From positions 8,494,001 through 8,558,000 of the forward strand of contig OZ024761.1 of assembly GCA_964016885.1 (NCBI GenBank): 64,000 nucleotides of DNA, written 5' to 3'. The notes below the pieces were generated by a model. It saw nothing but the letters and a program-made list of their open reading frames with translations, had not been told where the DNA came from and searched no databases. Of this stretch, positions 1 to 25,064 are shown piece by piece (the first letter of the stretch is position 1; each line of letters opens with the position of its first letter). The stretch comes from Eledone cirrhosa. Its lineage: Eukaryota. A program made the position numbers and the translations under genes.

Positions 1-1693
<1,693 letters not shown>

Positions 1694-2727
1694 GTAGGAG
1701 GTGAGTTTTATTGTAGTACAATAAAGCAATGCAGATATCGGATAAGAAGCACTCTACAGTTTGTGGGACTGGAGTATGCATAATATAAGATCAATATATA
1801 CATATATACATTTTTGACATTTTGAGTATTCATCCGCAATCATTATTATTTTTTCTCTCTATCATAAATCTTTTTAATCTCAATTTCATCCTTAATTTAT
1901 TATTATTTTTTTCTCCCCATCAACGAACTCATTATTAATACATATGAATTCAATATACAAACTTTAACTTCACATTATTTTTCTCAAATCCTTCTACACA
2001 TAAACTTTTTCTCTTTGCTAATTTTAAAATTCCTACATTTCTTCTTTTGACGTTAGAATATTCACCCACAATTATTATTTTTTTCTCTCTATCTTCATAC
2101 ATAATTTCCCTTCGTTAATTTTCAAATTCCTTTAATTTATACATTATCTTCCAACGGTTCCCAACCTCTCTATATTAAAACATTATATCTTTTTCTCAGT
2201 TATAAAAACTATCTCTTTCTCTCTATCACCCATCTCTCCCTTTCCACCTTCACTCTCATCTCCTCCCCTTTTTTTCATCCTTTCCAACCCCCCCCCCCTC
2301 CCTAAATATAATATATTTTTTCCTCGCACATATCCTCCCTTCGTTAATTTTCAAAATTTTTAATTTATACAGTATCTTCCAACGGTTTTCAACACCTCTA
2401 TATAAAATATATCTCCTCTCAGTTATAAAAACTATCTCTTTCTCTCTATCACCCATCTCTCCCTCTCATCTCCTTCCCTTTTCATCCTTTTCTCTCCCCC
2501 CCTCTCTAAATAAAATATTTTTCCCAATATCACACATCAATCTAAAACCACTTTTCATATGTTGATTTAAAACTGCACTATCAACAAGTGTTTTTTTAGC
2601 CTTCATATCATGTTCTCCTGTTTTATCTGATGAAAACACAAATATTATTGTTTGATGATATTTGTTTTTGAAATGCGCATAATAAAATATATTGAACTCC
2701 TTTAACCATCTTTTGATCTTATATTAT
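1694..2727 (+). mobile_element. Penelope-like element remnant (pseudo-LTR with hammerhead and an inverted 5' piece)
   Basis: Hammerhead motif at 2621-2687. 1781-1793 is the reverse complement of 2713-2725. The reverse complement of 1694-1793 resembles the sequence downstream of the hammerheads at 45151 and 53073 (tactcca...gagtgct). Internal imperfect duplication at about 2060-2260 vs 2310-2500. Family assignment is inference. Confidence 0.6.
2621..2687 (+). ncRNA. Type I hammerhead ribozyme motif (family A)
   Basis: Reads ttttat-CTGATGA-[stem II aaacacaaatattat...atgatatttgttttt]-GAAA-tgcgca (palindromic stem III)-TA-ataaaa. Predicted cleavage after 2681 (AUA). Confidence 0.8.
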
Positions 2728-2783
2728 ATATACATATATATATATATACATATATATACATATATATATATACATATATATAC

Positions 2784-2818
<35 letters not shown>

Positions 2819-2895
2819 CATATATACATATATATACATATACATATACATATATATACATATACATACATACATATACATATATATACATATAC

Positions 2896-2926
<31 letters not shown>

Positions 2927-3145
2927 CATATATATATACATATATATATATACACATATATACATATATATACATATACATATATATATATATACATATA
3001 TACATATATATACATATATACATATACATATATATACATATACATATATATACATATATATACATATACATATATATACATATATATACATATACATACA
3101 TATATATATATATATACATATATATACATATATACATATATATAC

Positions 3146-3176
<31 letters not shown>

Positions 3177-3404
3177 CACATATATATATATATACACATA
3201 TATATATATACATATATATACATATATATATATATACATATATATACATACATATATATATATACTCTTGCCTCAAGTGGGAAAACCCCCGTCCAAACCC
3301 ATGCAAGCGTGGAACACGGACGCTAAACCTGATGATGATGATGATGATATATACACATATATATATATACACATATATATATATACACATATACATATAC
3401 ATAT

Positions 3405-3471
<67 letters not shown>

Positions 3472-3670
3472 TACATATATATATATATACATATACATAC
3501 ATATATATATATACATATACATACATATATATATATACATATACATACATATATATATATACATATATATACATATATATACATATATATATATATACAT
3601 ATATATACATATATATACATATACATATATATACATATATATACATATACATATATATACATATATATAC

Positions 3671-3759
<89 letters not shown>

Positions 3760-3933
3760 CATATATATATATACATATAAATATATACATATACATATAT
3801 ATACATACATATACACATATATATACATATATATATATACACATATATATACATGTAGATATATACATATATATATATACACATATACATACATATACAT
3901 ATATATATACATATACATACATATATATACATA

Positions 3934-4009
<76 letters not shown>

Positions 4010-4030
4010 CATATATATAAGTATATATAC

Positions 4031-4095
<65 letters not shown>

Positions 4096-4144
4096 CATAT
4101 ATATAAGTATATATACATATATATATATACATATATATATATAC

Positions 4145-4175
<31 letters not shown>

Positions 4176-4196
4176 CATATATATAAGTATATATAC

Positions 4197-4261
<65 letters not shown>

Positions 4262-4354
4262 CATATATATAAGTATATATACATATATATATATATATAC
4301 ATATATATAAGTATATATACATATATATATATACATATATATAAGTATATATAC

Positions 4355-4441
<87 letters not shown>

Positions 4442-4515
4442 TATAAGTATATATACATATATATATATACATATATATAAGTATATATACATATATATAT
4501 ATACATATATATAAG

Positions 4516-4563
<48 letters not shown>

Positions 4564-4578
4564 TATAAGTATATATAC

Positions 4579-4628
<50 letters not shown>
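2728..4628. repeat. TA/TACA microsatellite interrupted by a short RTE 3' tail (3264-3347)
   Basis: Simple repeat. The insert tcttgcctcaagtggg...(gat)n matches RTE tails elsewhere in the window. Confidence 0.95.
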
Positions 4629-4631
<3 letters not shown>

Positions 4632-6677
4632 GATGAAGCAGTCAAGGCCAAGAGACAGGCATGGAAAGAATGGAAGAACGGGGGGAGCAGGGTACATTAC
4701 ATAGAGACCAAGAGGGAAGCTAGGCGACAAGTATACTTAGCTAGGAGGGAAGCAGAGGATAGAAAATTCAAGCATGTTTTACAACGTGAGGACCAGAAAC
4801 AGGAGGTATTCAAGATTGCGAGGCAGTGTGTCAGAGATAGTTGTGATGTCATTGGAGAGAAGTGTATCCGGAATGATAAAGGTGAGCTTGCCCTCACAAG
4901 TGCTGAGAAGAAAGATGCATGGAAGAGTCATTATGATAGATTACTAAATGAGGAGAATGCATGGGAAGAAGAGACCCTACCCCACGTAGACCCTATAGAG
5001 GGACCAGCAGTACAAGTCAGCGGCAGCGTAGTAAGTAAGGCAATCAGAGATATGAAGATAGGGAAGGCAACCGGTCCATCGGGTATAGCTGCCGAGATGC
5101 TGAAGGCATCTGGGTCTGTAGGTCACACTATAACCACACGTATCGTTAACCAGGTAATACTAGAGGGGGCCATACCAAAAGATTGGTGCAGTAGCATCAT
5201 TGTCAACTGCTACAAAGGTAAAGGCGATGCACTAGATAGAGGAAACTATAGAGGTATAAAGTTGATGGACCAGGTCATGAAAGTAACAGAAAGAGTTATA
5301 GCACAGCTGATTAGGGACCGGGTGAATATAGACGAGATGCAATTTGGGTTTGTTCCAGGGAAAGGCACCACTGATGCGCTCTTCCTTGTGAGGCAATTAC
5401 AGGAAAAGTACCTAGCTAAAAGTAAGCCACTCTACTTGGCATTTGTCGACCTTGAGAAAGCCTTTGACAGAGTTCCACGTGCAGTAATCTGGTGGGCTCT
5501 TAGAAAACTAGGAGTAGATGAATGGCTTGTGAAAGCGGTACAAGCCATGTATAGGGGAGCAGTCAGCAAAGTTAGGATTGGCAATGAGTATAGCGAGGAA
5601 TTTAGCGTACAGGTTGGGGTCCACCAGGGCTCTGTTCTTAGCCCTCTCCTGTTCATCATAGTCCTGCAGGCAATAACGGAGGAGTTTAAGACCGGATGCC
5701 CATGGGAACTCCTGTATGCTGATGACCTCGCACTCATAGCTGAATCTATGGTAGAACTAGAGAATAAATTCCAAACCTGGAAGCAGGGACTAGAGAGAAA
5801 GGGCCTCAAAGTCAACATGACAAAGACTAAGGTCCTTATAAGTAGACGAGAAAACAGAACCCAGATCCCCTCAGGGAAATGGCCTTGCTCAGTATGTAGG
5901 AAAGGTGTAGGTAGGAACTCCATTCTTTGCCCCAAATGCAAACAATGGGTACACAAGAGATGTAGCGGGATCTCAGGAAGCTTAATTAAGAATGTAGGAT
6001 TCACATGCAGCAGCTGTGCTGAAACAGCAAGCAAACAGCCACAGGAAACAAGTACCACCAATCTCTGGGAGGGCCCTGTAGAAACAGTAGATAGCTTCTG
6101 CTACCTAGGTGACCGAATTAGCAACGGAGGTGGGTGCTCAGAAAGTACAATAACTAGGGTAAGAACGGGATGGAAGAAGTTTAGGGAACTACTACCACTG
6201 CTAGCTGCAAAAGGCTTCTCCCTCAGAATGAAAGGCAGACTGTATGATGCGTGTATCCGAACAGCGATGTTGCATGGTAGTGAGACCTGGGCGCTGAAGG
6301 TGGAAGACTTACGTAGATTAGAGAGAAACGAAGCCTGCATGCTCCGATGGATGTGTAACAGTAATATACGTGAACGACAAAGCATAAATGAATTGAGAGA
6401 GAGACTGAGCATAAGAGGAATCAAATGCTGCGTGCAGGAGAGGCGGTTACGCTGGTATGGGCATGTGATGCGTATGAAGGATGACAGCTGCATAAAAAGG
6501 TGCAGAGCACTAGAAGTTGATGGAAACCGCGGAGTGGGGAGACCCAAGATGACTTGGGATGAGGTGATAAAAGCCGACCTTACCCAACTACACCTCTCAA
6601 AGTCAATGACACACGACCGTGACTTCTGGCGTCACGCAGTAATACAGGGTACCCGACCTCCCATGGGTACATGCTGA
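4629..6677 (+). CDS. Non-LTR reverse transcriptase (RTE-like) with a PHD-like Cys/His insert; the N-terminal endonuclease is missing
   Basis: Motifs [59 protein letters not shown]. The frame stays open upstream of the listed ATG (5052) back to 4629 ([12 protein letters not shown]...). Confidence 0.93.
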
Positions 6678-6983
6678 AGCATATAAACAATATGCCCCCC
6701 CCCCCCCACCGCAAGGTGGTCGTGGAGGTGCCACGGCAAAAAAGCACCCAGCCCACACTGTAAAGTGGACGTGTAGGCGCCACGAAAAAGCACCCAGCAC
6801 TCACTGTAAATGAGGTTGGTGTTAGGAAGGGCATCCAGCTGTAGAAATCAAGCCAGATCAGTTCCTGTATGAGCAAGGCATGGTCAGCCGACCAGACACT
6901 GCCCACAACAGGACAACCCGTCTAACCCATGCTAGCGTGGAAGAACGGACGTAAAACGGTGATGATGATGATGATGATGATGA
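4629..6983 (+). mobile_element. 5'-truncated RTE-clade LINE with 3'UTR and (GAT)n tail
   Basis: Open frame 4629-6677, 3'UTR with about 48-bp repeats, and a gatgat tail. Flanked by (TA)n on both sides. Confidence 0.92.
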
Positions 6984-6987
6984 TATA

Positions 6988-7391
6988 TATATATTGGTAA
7001 ACGGAATAGAAAATGCTGACAAATTGTTCACAGTTGAAAAATGGTTTAATTAGGAATAAAAGAGTATTAGTGATTGTATGGGTTAGTATTCAGTTGTGGT
7101 TTTAAGTTTTTAAGTTTTTACCGGTTGCGCATTTCTAAATGCTTTTCAAAAATAATTTTGAGATAGAGTGTCCGTGCTGTTTGCTCTGATCTGAGCAAAC
7201 AGCACGGACACTCTATCTCAAAATTATTTTTGAAAAGCATTTAGAAATGCGCAACCGGTAAAAACTTAAAAACTTAAAACCACAACTGAATACTAACCCA
7301 TACAATCACTAATACTCTTTTATTCCTAATTAAACCATTTTTCAACTGTGAACAATTTGTCAGCATTTTCTATTCCGTTTACCAATATATA
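6988..7391. repeat. 404-bp near-perfect palindrome carrying a hammerhead-like motif in each arm
   Basis: Arms mirror around the GATC at 7188-7191. One T/T mismatch seen (7187/7192). Confidence 0.95.
7227..7263 (+). ncRNA. Hammerhead-like motif (family B; U3-A8 core, GAAA changed to GCAA)
   Basis: Reads ttt-TTGAAAA-gcatttagaaatgc-GCAA-ccgg-TA-aaa. Mirrored on the minus strand in the left arm. Confidence 0.55.
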
Positions 7392-7424
7392 ATAACTTGT
7401 GTGTTACACCTCTATTCTTTTAAC

Positions 7425-9710
<2,286 letters not shown>

Positions 9711-9960
9711 ATAAGATCAAAAGATGGTTAAAGGAGTTCAATATATTTTATTATGCGCATTTCAAAAACAAACATCATCAAACAATAATATTTGTGTTTT
9801 CATCAGATAAAACAGGAGAACATGATATGAAGGCTAAAAAAAAACACTTGTTGATAGTGCAGTTTTAAATCAACATATACTCCAGTCCCACAAACTGTAC
9901 AGTGCTTCTTATCCGATATCTGCATTGCTTTATTGTACTACAATAAAACTCACCTCCTAC
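9711..9960 (-). mobile_element. Short Penelope-like pseudo-LTR unit; reverse-complement relative of 1694-1778 joined to 2557-2722
   Basis: Near-identical reverse complement of both ends of the 1694-2727 element, lacking the roughly 780-bp middle. Confidence 0.75.
9746..9812 (-). ncRNA. Type I hammerhead ribozyme motif (family A)
   Basis: Minus strand reads ttttat-CTGATGA-stem II-GAAA-tgcgca-TA-ataaaa. Confidence 0.8.
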
Positions 9961-18190
<8,230 letters not shown>

Positions 18191-18520
18191 ATGATGGCTG
18201 CAAACTCTGCTAAGAGTACTGCAATCGCTTGTTAGATTATAGAAAACGGTGCACTTTTAGGCTACAGCCAGCCACACAAACCTGTAACAGATCCTGAACA
18301 ATCAATACCTGTGCCTTGAAGGGTTTTTTAAGTTGGGAAAGCCCTTGCACTCGACCAATCATCGAAAACACTACCCGAAAAGGAGAACTGGTCAACATCA
18401 TCGGATGTTTCCGAAGCCACAGGTTTTTTTTTTTCAGAGTTTCCCTCTCTTAGAAAGGTGTTGTGACAACTGGGGGTCTTTTACGCATACATACATACAT
18501 GTACATATATATATATATAC

Positions 18521-18797
18521 ACGAGATAACGAGATCGAAATTGTGTAGGTGTCACGACAAAAACACAGTCCTCGCTGTAATATGGTCGTGTAGGTAACAC
18601 GGTAAAAAGTTCCCAGTTCCACACTGTAAATGTGGTTGGTGTTAGGAAGGGCATCCAGTCGCAGAAAACCTGCCAGATAATCCTATATGAGCGAGACACG
18701 GTCACCCGACCAACCTTCCCTCAAGTGGGACAACTCCCGTCTAACCCATGCTAGCATGGAAGATAGACATTAAACGAAGATGATGATGATGATGATA
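18521..18797 (+). mobile_element. RTE 3'UTR fragment
   Basis: Contains ggttggtgttaggaagggcatccag...aacccatgctagc...(gat)n shared with the LINE tail. Confidence 0.8.
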
Positions 18798-19211
18798 TAT
18801 ATAACAGTATTGTAGTTTGCTTGAAGCATTGTTGAATAGGAAATATAAATAAATTTAAAAGCCATACAATGCATTGAAAATTTAATATATATACATATAT
18901 ATATATATATATGTATGTATAGACCCGTAACTCCTGATAGAGTCGTAGGGGTGCTGTATTGACATAGTGTTTCTTGGGCACTTTAAGCCTGGCGGAGCCC
19001 ATCCCTCTCCAGGTCTATAGATAGAGAGTCAGAGTGAAAAAGAATTGACCCCAGTACTAGACTGGTACTTTCTTTATCGACCTTGAAAGGATTTGAACTT
19101 CGAGAGCAGAGAGAGATAGAACAAATACCATAAAGCATTCTATCTGATCTTCTAACAGATCTGCAAATACACCGCTTTCATATATATATACATACATACA
19201 TATACTCATAT

Positions 19212-19780
19212 GAAACAGTACTGGGGGTATGTTCCAATAAAAACCCCAATAAAATGCAGGCATAACAGACCAAATATAATGATATGGGACAGGGAAAAGA
19301 TGAAATGCACAGTAGTGGAAGTTAGCTGCCCACCAGATGCCAATATAATATTAAGGATTGGCGAAAAGGAGAATATCTAAGCAGAACTAATGAGAAATCT
19401 ACAGATACTCCACCCTGACTATACCTTCAGATTTATGCCTGTGATTATTGGGGCACTGAGGTATGTTAGTAACTGCCTCAATACAAATCTTGAGAAGCTG
19501 GGCTTCACAGGAACATAAAGAAGACAACTTGTTAGGAAATTACAAGTACAATCCATTAATGGAACAGTAAAAATATGTAAAACATTCAATAAATTCTGTA
19601 TCTAATAACTGCATATACACTTATACAGCTACAAAACATATGCACACATACAATAACAGCCATACCTGCAGACATGCATACATATCTACCTAGTTGATAC
19701 GTAAATTCCAATGAGTCTTGTATCTATGTTAGAAACCAGCTCTCCCTCTATTGGTAAAAATTTGTGAAATTATAAAACCA
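19212..19780 (+). mobile_element. R4/Dong-like non-LTR retrotransposon 3' fragment (restriction-like endonuclease, with stop codons)
   Basis: Manual translation gives IKCRHNRPNIMIWDREKMKCTVVEVSCP...FMPVIIGAL...GTVKICKTF, matching the HNRPD...E.S.P...P.IIGALG pattern. Confidence 0.7.
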
Positions 19781-19825
19781 GAACATATATGTGTGTGTGT
19801 ATACATATATATATATATATATACA

Positions 19826-20890
19826 CAAAATTTAAAGAACGTTGGTATAACCATAAACATACATTTAAATGGATAAGAAATTCTCAACTTCCCTATCGCA
19901 ATTAGTTTGGTCTTTGAAAAACAAAAACATTGATTATTCAATATCTTGGCAAAAACTTCAAAGCGCCTCACCATACCCAAATTCCTCTATTTCCAAAATC
20001 TGTCATCTCTGTAATGAAGAAAGCCTTCATATTATTACTAACACAGGATCTATTATTAATAAAAGTTCTTGTTTACACAGGATTTCAAAATCTTTTCATA
20101 AAATTTATGGTTAAATTATTAGCCATCTGTATTATATATATATGTCACTTATTTACTATATATATATATATAATATGCAAATATAATTATAGGTTCCAGT
20201 AGATATAAACATATATATATTCAATCAACATAATAAGTACCTTTATATCATGTATATCAAAATCACCTTTAGAATATAGTTTTAGAAAAAATTTGTATAA
20301 AATGTTATAATTAATAAGAGTTACTTCCCTGTTTCTGTTTACTTATGCAAATAATATATGGATAAATCTCTTACATTTATTAATAAAATTAGTTATATAC
20401 ATGGCTATATATCCATATATTTAACTATATATACGTATATGGTTATAATATATTATCCTACAACAATTGTTTATATAACCAATATATAATTTTCCCTAAC
20501 ATGAAAATATATGATGTGCATCTGTATATACATGGATATAACCATATATACGCGTATATTTCTATGCTTATATCTCCACTAGTTAATACATCACCCTTTA
20601 ACAACTGCCCCACGACTAATATAACTACGCCATTTTTCAAGCGTCTATAACAATCTTATCTGTTTAATATATCCCTGTTAAGTTGTATCCTACGAAATTT
20701 TGAGATTTTATTTCACATATCCATTGTAAGTTGACCGTGGAGGTCTATATTTTGGATATATCACTATCTTATACATCAAATATTGTATTTTATCTGATGA
20801 AAGCATACTATGACTTAGTATCCTTGAAATATGTATAATAAAATATATATGATGCTATTGTGATATGTTCCATTTATTACTATTGTTAAT
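19826..20890 (+). mobile_element. Penelope-like element 3' fragment: decayed GIY-YIG endonuclease C-terminus plus pseudo-LTR
   Basis: KFKERWYNHKHTF...STSLSQLVWSLK...ISW...CHLCNEE...INK, followed by a hammerhead motif. Confidence 0.75.
20786..20845 (+). ncRNA. Type I hammerhead ribozyme motif (family A)
   Basis: Reads tattttat-CTGATGA-aagcatacta/tgact/tagtatcctt-GAAA-tatgta-TA-ataaaata. Confidence 0.82.
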
Positions 20891-20911
20891 ATATATATAT
20901 ATATATATATA

Positions 20912-22100
20912 TTTGATAGGGTACCCCGATCTGTCATCTGGTGGTCCTTAAGGAAACTAGGTGTTTAGGAATGGCTTATGAAGACAGTGCAAACTTTGTA
21001 CAGAGGTACTCTCAGTAAAGTCAGAGGAGGAATGGAGTTTAGTGAGGAAATCCAGATACAAGTAAGAGTACATCAAGGTTCGGTCCTCAGCCCGCTCTTG
21101 TTTATTATAGTCCTCCAAGCCAAGACAGAGGGGTTTAAGACTGGCTGCCCATGGGAACTTCTCTATACTGACGATCTGGTTCTTATAGCAGAATCAGTAG
21201 AGGAGCTAGAGAATAAATTCTGGCTATGGAAACAGCAGTTGGAATCAAGAGGACTGAGAGTGAACCTAGCTAAGACAAAAGTGTTGATGAGTAGAAAAGA
21301 GGACAAAACTCTGATTCCGTCAGGGAAATGGCTATGTTCGATATGCAGAAAAGGAACTGGCATAAATTCTATAAAATGCACACAATGCAGATCCTGGGTA
21401 CACAAGAGATGTAGCGGGATAGCAGGCAAACTAACAGGTAGGGAGAAATATGTATGCAGTAGATGTACAGGGAAATTAGACAGTAGAAGTCGCATTGTTC
21501 GACACATTTTTCAAATACAGGCGGGTGTTATAGAAGTGGTGGATAGCTTCCGGTACCTAGGCGATCAGATTAGCATGAGAGGGGGGTGTTCTGAGGCCAT
21601 AGTATCTAGAATAAGGACGAGTTGAAAGAAGTTTAGAGAGCTGCTTCCTCTGCTGACTAAGGACTTCTCCGACAAAAGGTCGATTATATGATGCCTGTGT
21701 GAGGAGCACGATGCTGCATGGTAGTGAGACATGGGCAGCAACTGCAGAGAATATGCAACGGCTGGAGAGAAATGAGGCAAGCATGCTCCGTTGGATGTGC
21801 AATGTCAATGTGCATGAACGACCCCGCATGAATGTGTTGAGAGAGAAACTGTGTCAGAGGGATAAAATGTAGTGTGCGAGAGAGGAGACTGCGGTGGTAT
21901 GGACATGTGATGCCCGATGAGGATGACCGATGGGTGAAGAAGTGCCAGGAAATGCCAGTTGAAGGAAGACGTGGTAGAGGTAGACCACGAAAAACATGGG
22001 CAGAGGTGGTGAGAACAAACCTCAGATCGCTGAAGCTCACGGTGGAGATGACGAAGGACCGTGGAAAGTGGAGAGATGCTGTGCTGAATAAGACCCGGAA
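20912..22100 (+). mobile_element. Degenerate RTE LINE fragment (RT, PHD-like insert, C-terminus)
   Basis: ORFs 20978-21625 and 21874-22164 are homologous to the 4629-6677 protein, with stops and frameshifts. Confidence 0.88.
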
Positions 22101-22643
22101 GTGTGGTAATGAACCAGATGACCATAACGCACCAGAGTATTCGATACTTAGGGTAGTAGAGTGAGTAATAGGAAAAAGTTTAACCCCGACGGCAGAGCTT
22201 AAGTTGTTTCGACATCGGGGTTAAACTTTTTCCTATATATATATATATACATATGAGGGTCTGCTGTTTGAAGGGTTTGGTGCGGCAAACTGGCCTGTCC
22301 CTCGTCATAGCGATACATTCCAGTCCGAGACTACCAGGGTTCATTTTCGCAAGGGCTTCCAAAACAGGTTCCGTTGTGAAACAGGTTCGGCGCAGCCATC
22401 TAGTTCCACACTATAAATGTGGTTGGTGTTAGGAAGGGCATCCAACTGTAAAATACCCAGCCAAATTTAGAGTCCTCGCTGGAACAAGTTGCGACATATG
22501 GTTAACCCTGGCCAGACTTGCCTCCTAGCATGGGCGACCTGTCTAACCAATGCAAGCGTGGAAATGATGATATAATTTCATACACACTTAAGCACACACA
22601 CACACACACACATATACATATACATATATAACATACATATTTA

Positions 22644-22977
22644 TGGAGGCACATGGCTTAGTGGTTAGAGCATTGGCCTTGCAATCGAAAGGTTGTGAGT
22701 TCAATTTTCAGACCGGGTGATGTGTTGTTTCCTTGAGCAAGACACTTTATTTTACATTGCTCCAGTTTACTCAGCTGTAGAAATGAGATGATAGGGACTG
22801 GGGTCCCTATCATTACACTGCATTAAGGTCGTGTAGGTGCCACGGCAAAAAAGCACCCATCACTCACTGTAAATGAGGTTGGTGTTAGGAAGGGCATCCA
22901 GCTGTAGAAATCAAGCCAGAATCAGTTCCCGTCCCACCCTTGCAAGCAGGGAAAAAGCGGACGTAAAATGATGATGA
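22644..22977 (+). mobile_element. tRNA-derived SINE (family 1) with RTE-derived tail and 15-bp target-site duplication
   Basis: A box tggcttagtgg, B box gagttcaatt, central ccttgagcaagacacttta, RTE-like 3' end and (atg)n tail. TSD taacatacatattta at 22629-22643 and 22978-22992. Confidence 0.9.
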
Positions 22978-23344
22978 TAACATACATATTTAAAAACTAT
23001 AAAAGAGAAGTGAAAAAAGTCAAAACACAAAAAAAAATCTGACCCAGACAACACTAACAAATAACAACCACAAATATGTTTTAAACAAAAGTAAAAAAAA
23101 TGTGGGGGTAAAAATTACAAAAAAACCCATCAGGCCCATGGTGAAGTGATCTTACATATTTTTTTTACATTCATGTTTATTCATATTTCATTTTTTTAAT
23201 TTTTTTTCTTCTTTTTTTTTTATAATCATGTTTTCTTTTTCTTTCTTTGTTTTGCCCCCAAAATATATAATAGACAAACAAACCAAGTGGTTCTTTCTGT
23301 ATGATGGCAAATTAATAATAATAATATTATTAATAATAATAATA

Positions 23345-24135
23345 ATGGTTTTCTAATTCAGGCACAAAGCCAGCATTTTTTTTTTTTTTTGTGGTGGAGG
23401 AGGGGGAGGGAGGGGAGAGAAAGTCGATTACATCGACCCCCCAGTACTTGACTGGTACTTTATTTTATTGACCGACCCCAGGGAAGGATGAGAGGTAAAC
23501 AATAATAATAATAATGATGATGATGATGATGATGATAATAATGATTTCTAATTTAGGCATCGTGACTGAACACAGCTGATTTCTTTCAGTAAAAGTGAGA
23601 GAGAGAGAGAGAGTGTGAATGGGAGGAATCGACCCCAGTTTATGACTGGTACTTTATTTTATCAACTCCACTTGGAAAGGATGAAAGGCAAAGTTGACCT
23701 CGGCAGGATTTGAACTCAGAACATGTAATTAAAGACCACATGAATTTTGTCTGACACTTAAATAATAATTTCTAATGTAGGGGAGGCTCAAGGCCAGCAG
23801 TTTTGGTGGGGAAGTGCGTTAATTAAATTGTTGGACCCAGTACATGACTGGTATTCATTTTATTGGCCTTCGGAAGGATAACAGGTAAAGTTGACCTCAG
23901 CAGGATTTCAAATCAGAACCTAAACACCCAGAACACTGCACACAAGCAATTTGTCTGCCGTTCTAATGGTTTTGCCAATCTACTGTCCTCAGACTTTCTA
24001 ATTTAGGCACAGGGCCAGCAACTGGAGAGGAACAGCTAAGTACCTCGATCCCAGCATGTGTCTGGTATTCAAAACATGAAATTAGCTGGGAGGAAACGAC
24101 ACCACCAAAGGAATTTTGTCCAATACTCAAACCAA
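23345..24135 (-). mobile_element. Cluster of decayed SINE family 2 copies
   Basis: Three to four repeats of taggcacaaggccagca...gaccccagt...actggtactt...ggatgaaaggcaaagttgacctcggcaggatttgaactc. The B box gagttcaaatcc is on the minus strand. Related copies at about 19040-19175, 29385-29585, 39710-39850 and 43365-43555. Confidence 0.7.
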
Positions 24136-24351
24136 TCTGCAATGCATCATCATTATTATTATTATTATTATTACTAAAAAAATTAAAAAATAAACACAAC
24201 GGATGGAAGTGGGAGGGATGTTGATCTCATGTTTTTGTTTTTTTTTTCTTTTGGTTTGAAGAATAGAAAGGTACAGTCTTTTATTTTGTTTCTTAGGTTC
24301 AAAATTTAAGATGGTCACTTTAAAATATTTGATGGTGAAAAAGAGACAGAC

Positions 24352-24390
<39 letters not shown>

Positions 24391-24564
24391 GAGAACATTT
24401 GGTAATAAACGAGTGTGTGTGTTGAGAGTGGAGTGTGGAGTGTGGACAAAGTGGTGGGAGGAGGGGGCTGTAAGGGGTGAGAAAGTGGAGCGAGAGAGTT
24501 TAAAGCTCCATTTTTCTTCCTCCCTACTCTCTTTTCTTCCTTTCTTTCATTCATTCATTCCCCC

Positions 24565-24598
<34 letters not shown>

Positions 24599-24919
24599 TT
24601 ATTTCAGGGCGGGTGTGAAGGGGAGGCAGATAGGGAAACAAGTAGGATAGTTATGATCATTGTATTGTTTGTTTATGTTTTTCTTTTGTTCCTTGTTTCA
24701 TTGTTTTGTGTGAGGGCAGGGGTATACTCTTGGAATTTTTTTTGGAGGGGGGGGGGGGGTAACAATGGTGATAGCAGTAGTATCCATGGCAACAGGTACA
24801 GACGAAGATTAAGCCCAAACAAACCCACCCTCCCACCCAATCCCCTATGTGTAATTCTCAAAAAGCAAAACATTAATTAACGATGTAGAGTGTTATTCCC
24901 ATTTTTTTCTTGAGTCTGT

Positions 24920-24971
<52 letters not shown>

Positions 24972-25012
24972 TTGTGTATACATGTATGTGTGTGTGTATG
25001 TATGTATGTTTT

Positions 25013-25064
<52 letters not shown>

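Noticed and set aside
5432-6547. Antisense ORFs over the RTE (5432-6061, 6101-6547)
   Set aside because: Shadow frames of the RT coding sequence with no recognisable motifs.
22645-22715. tRNA-Cys-like gene
   Set aside because: No proper acceptor stem, and it continues into a SINE body with a TSD and multiple copies, so it is a SINE head.
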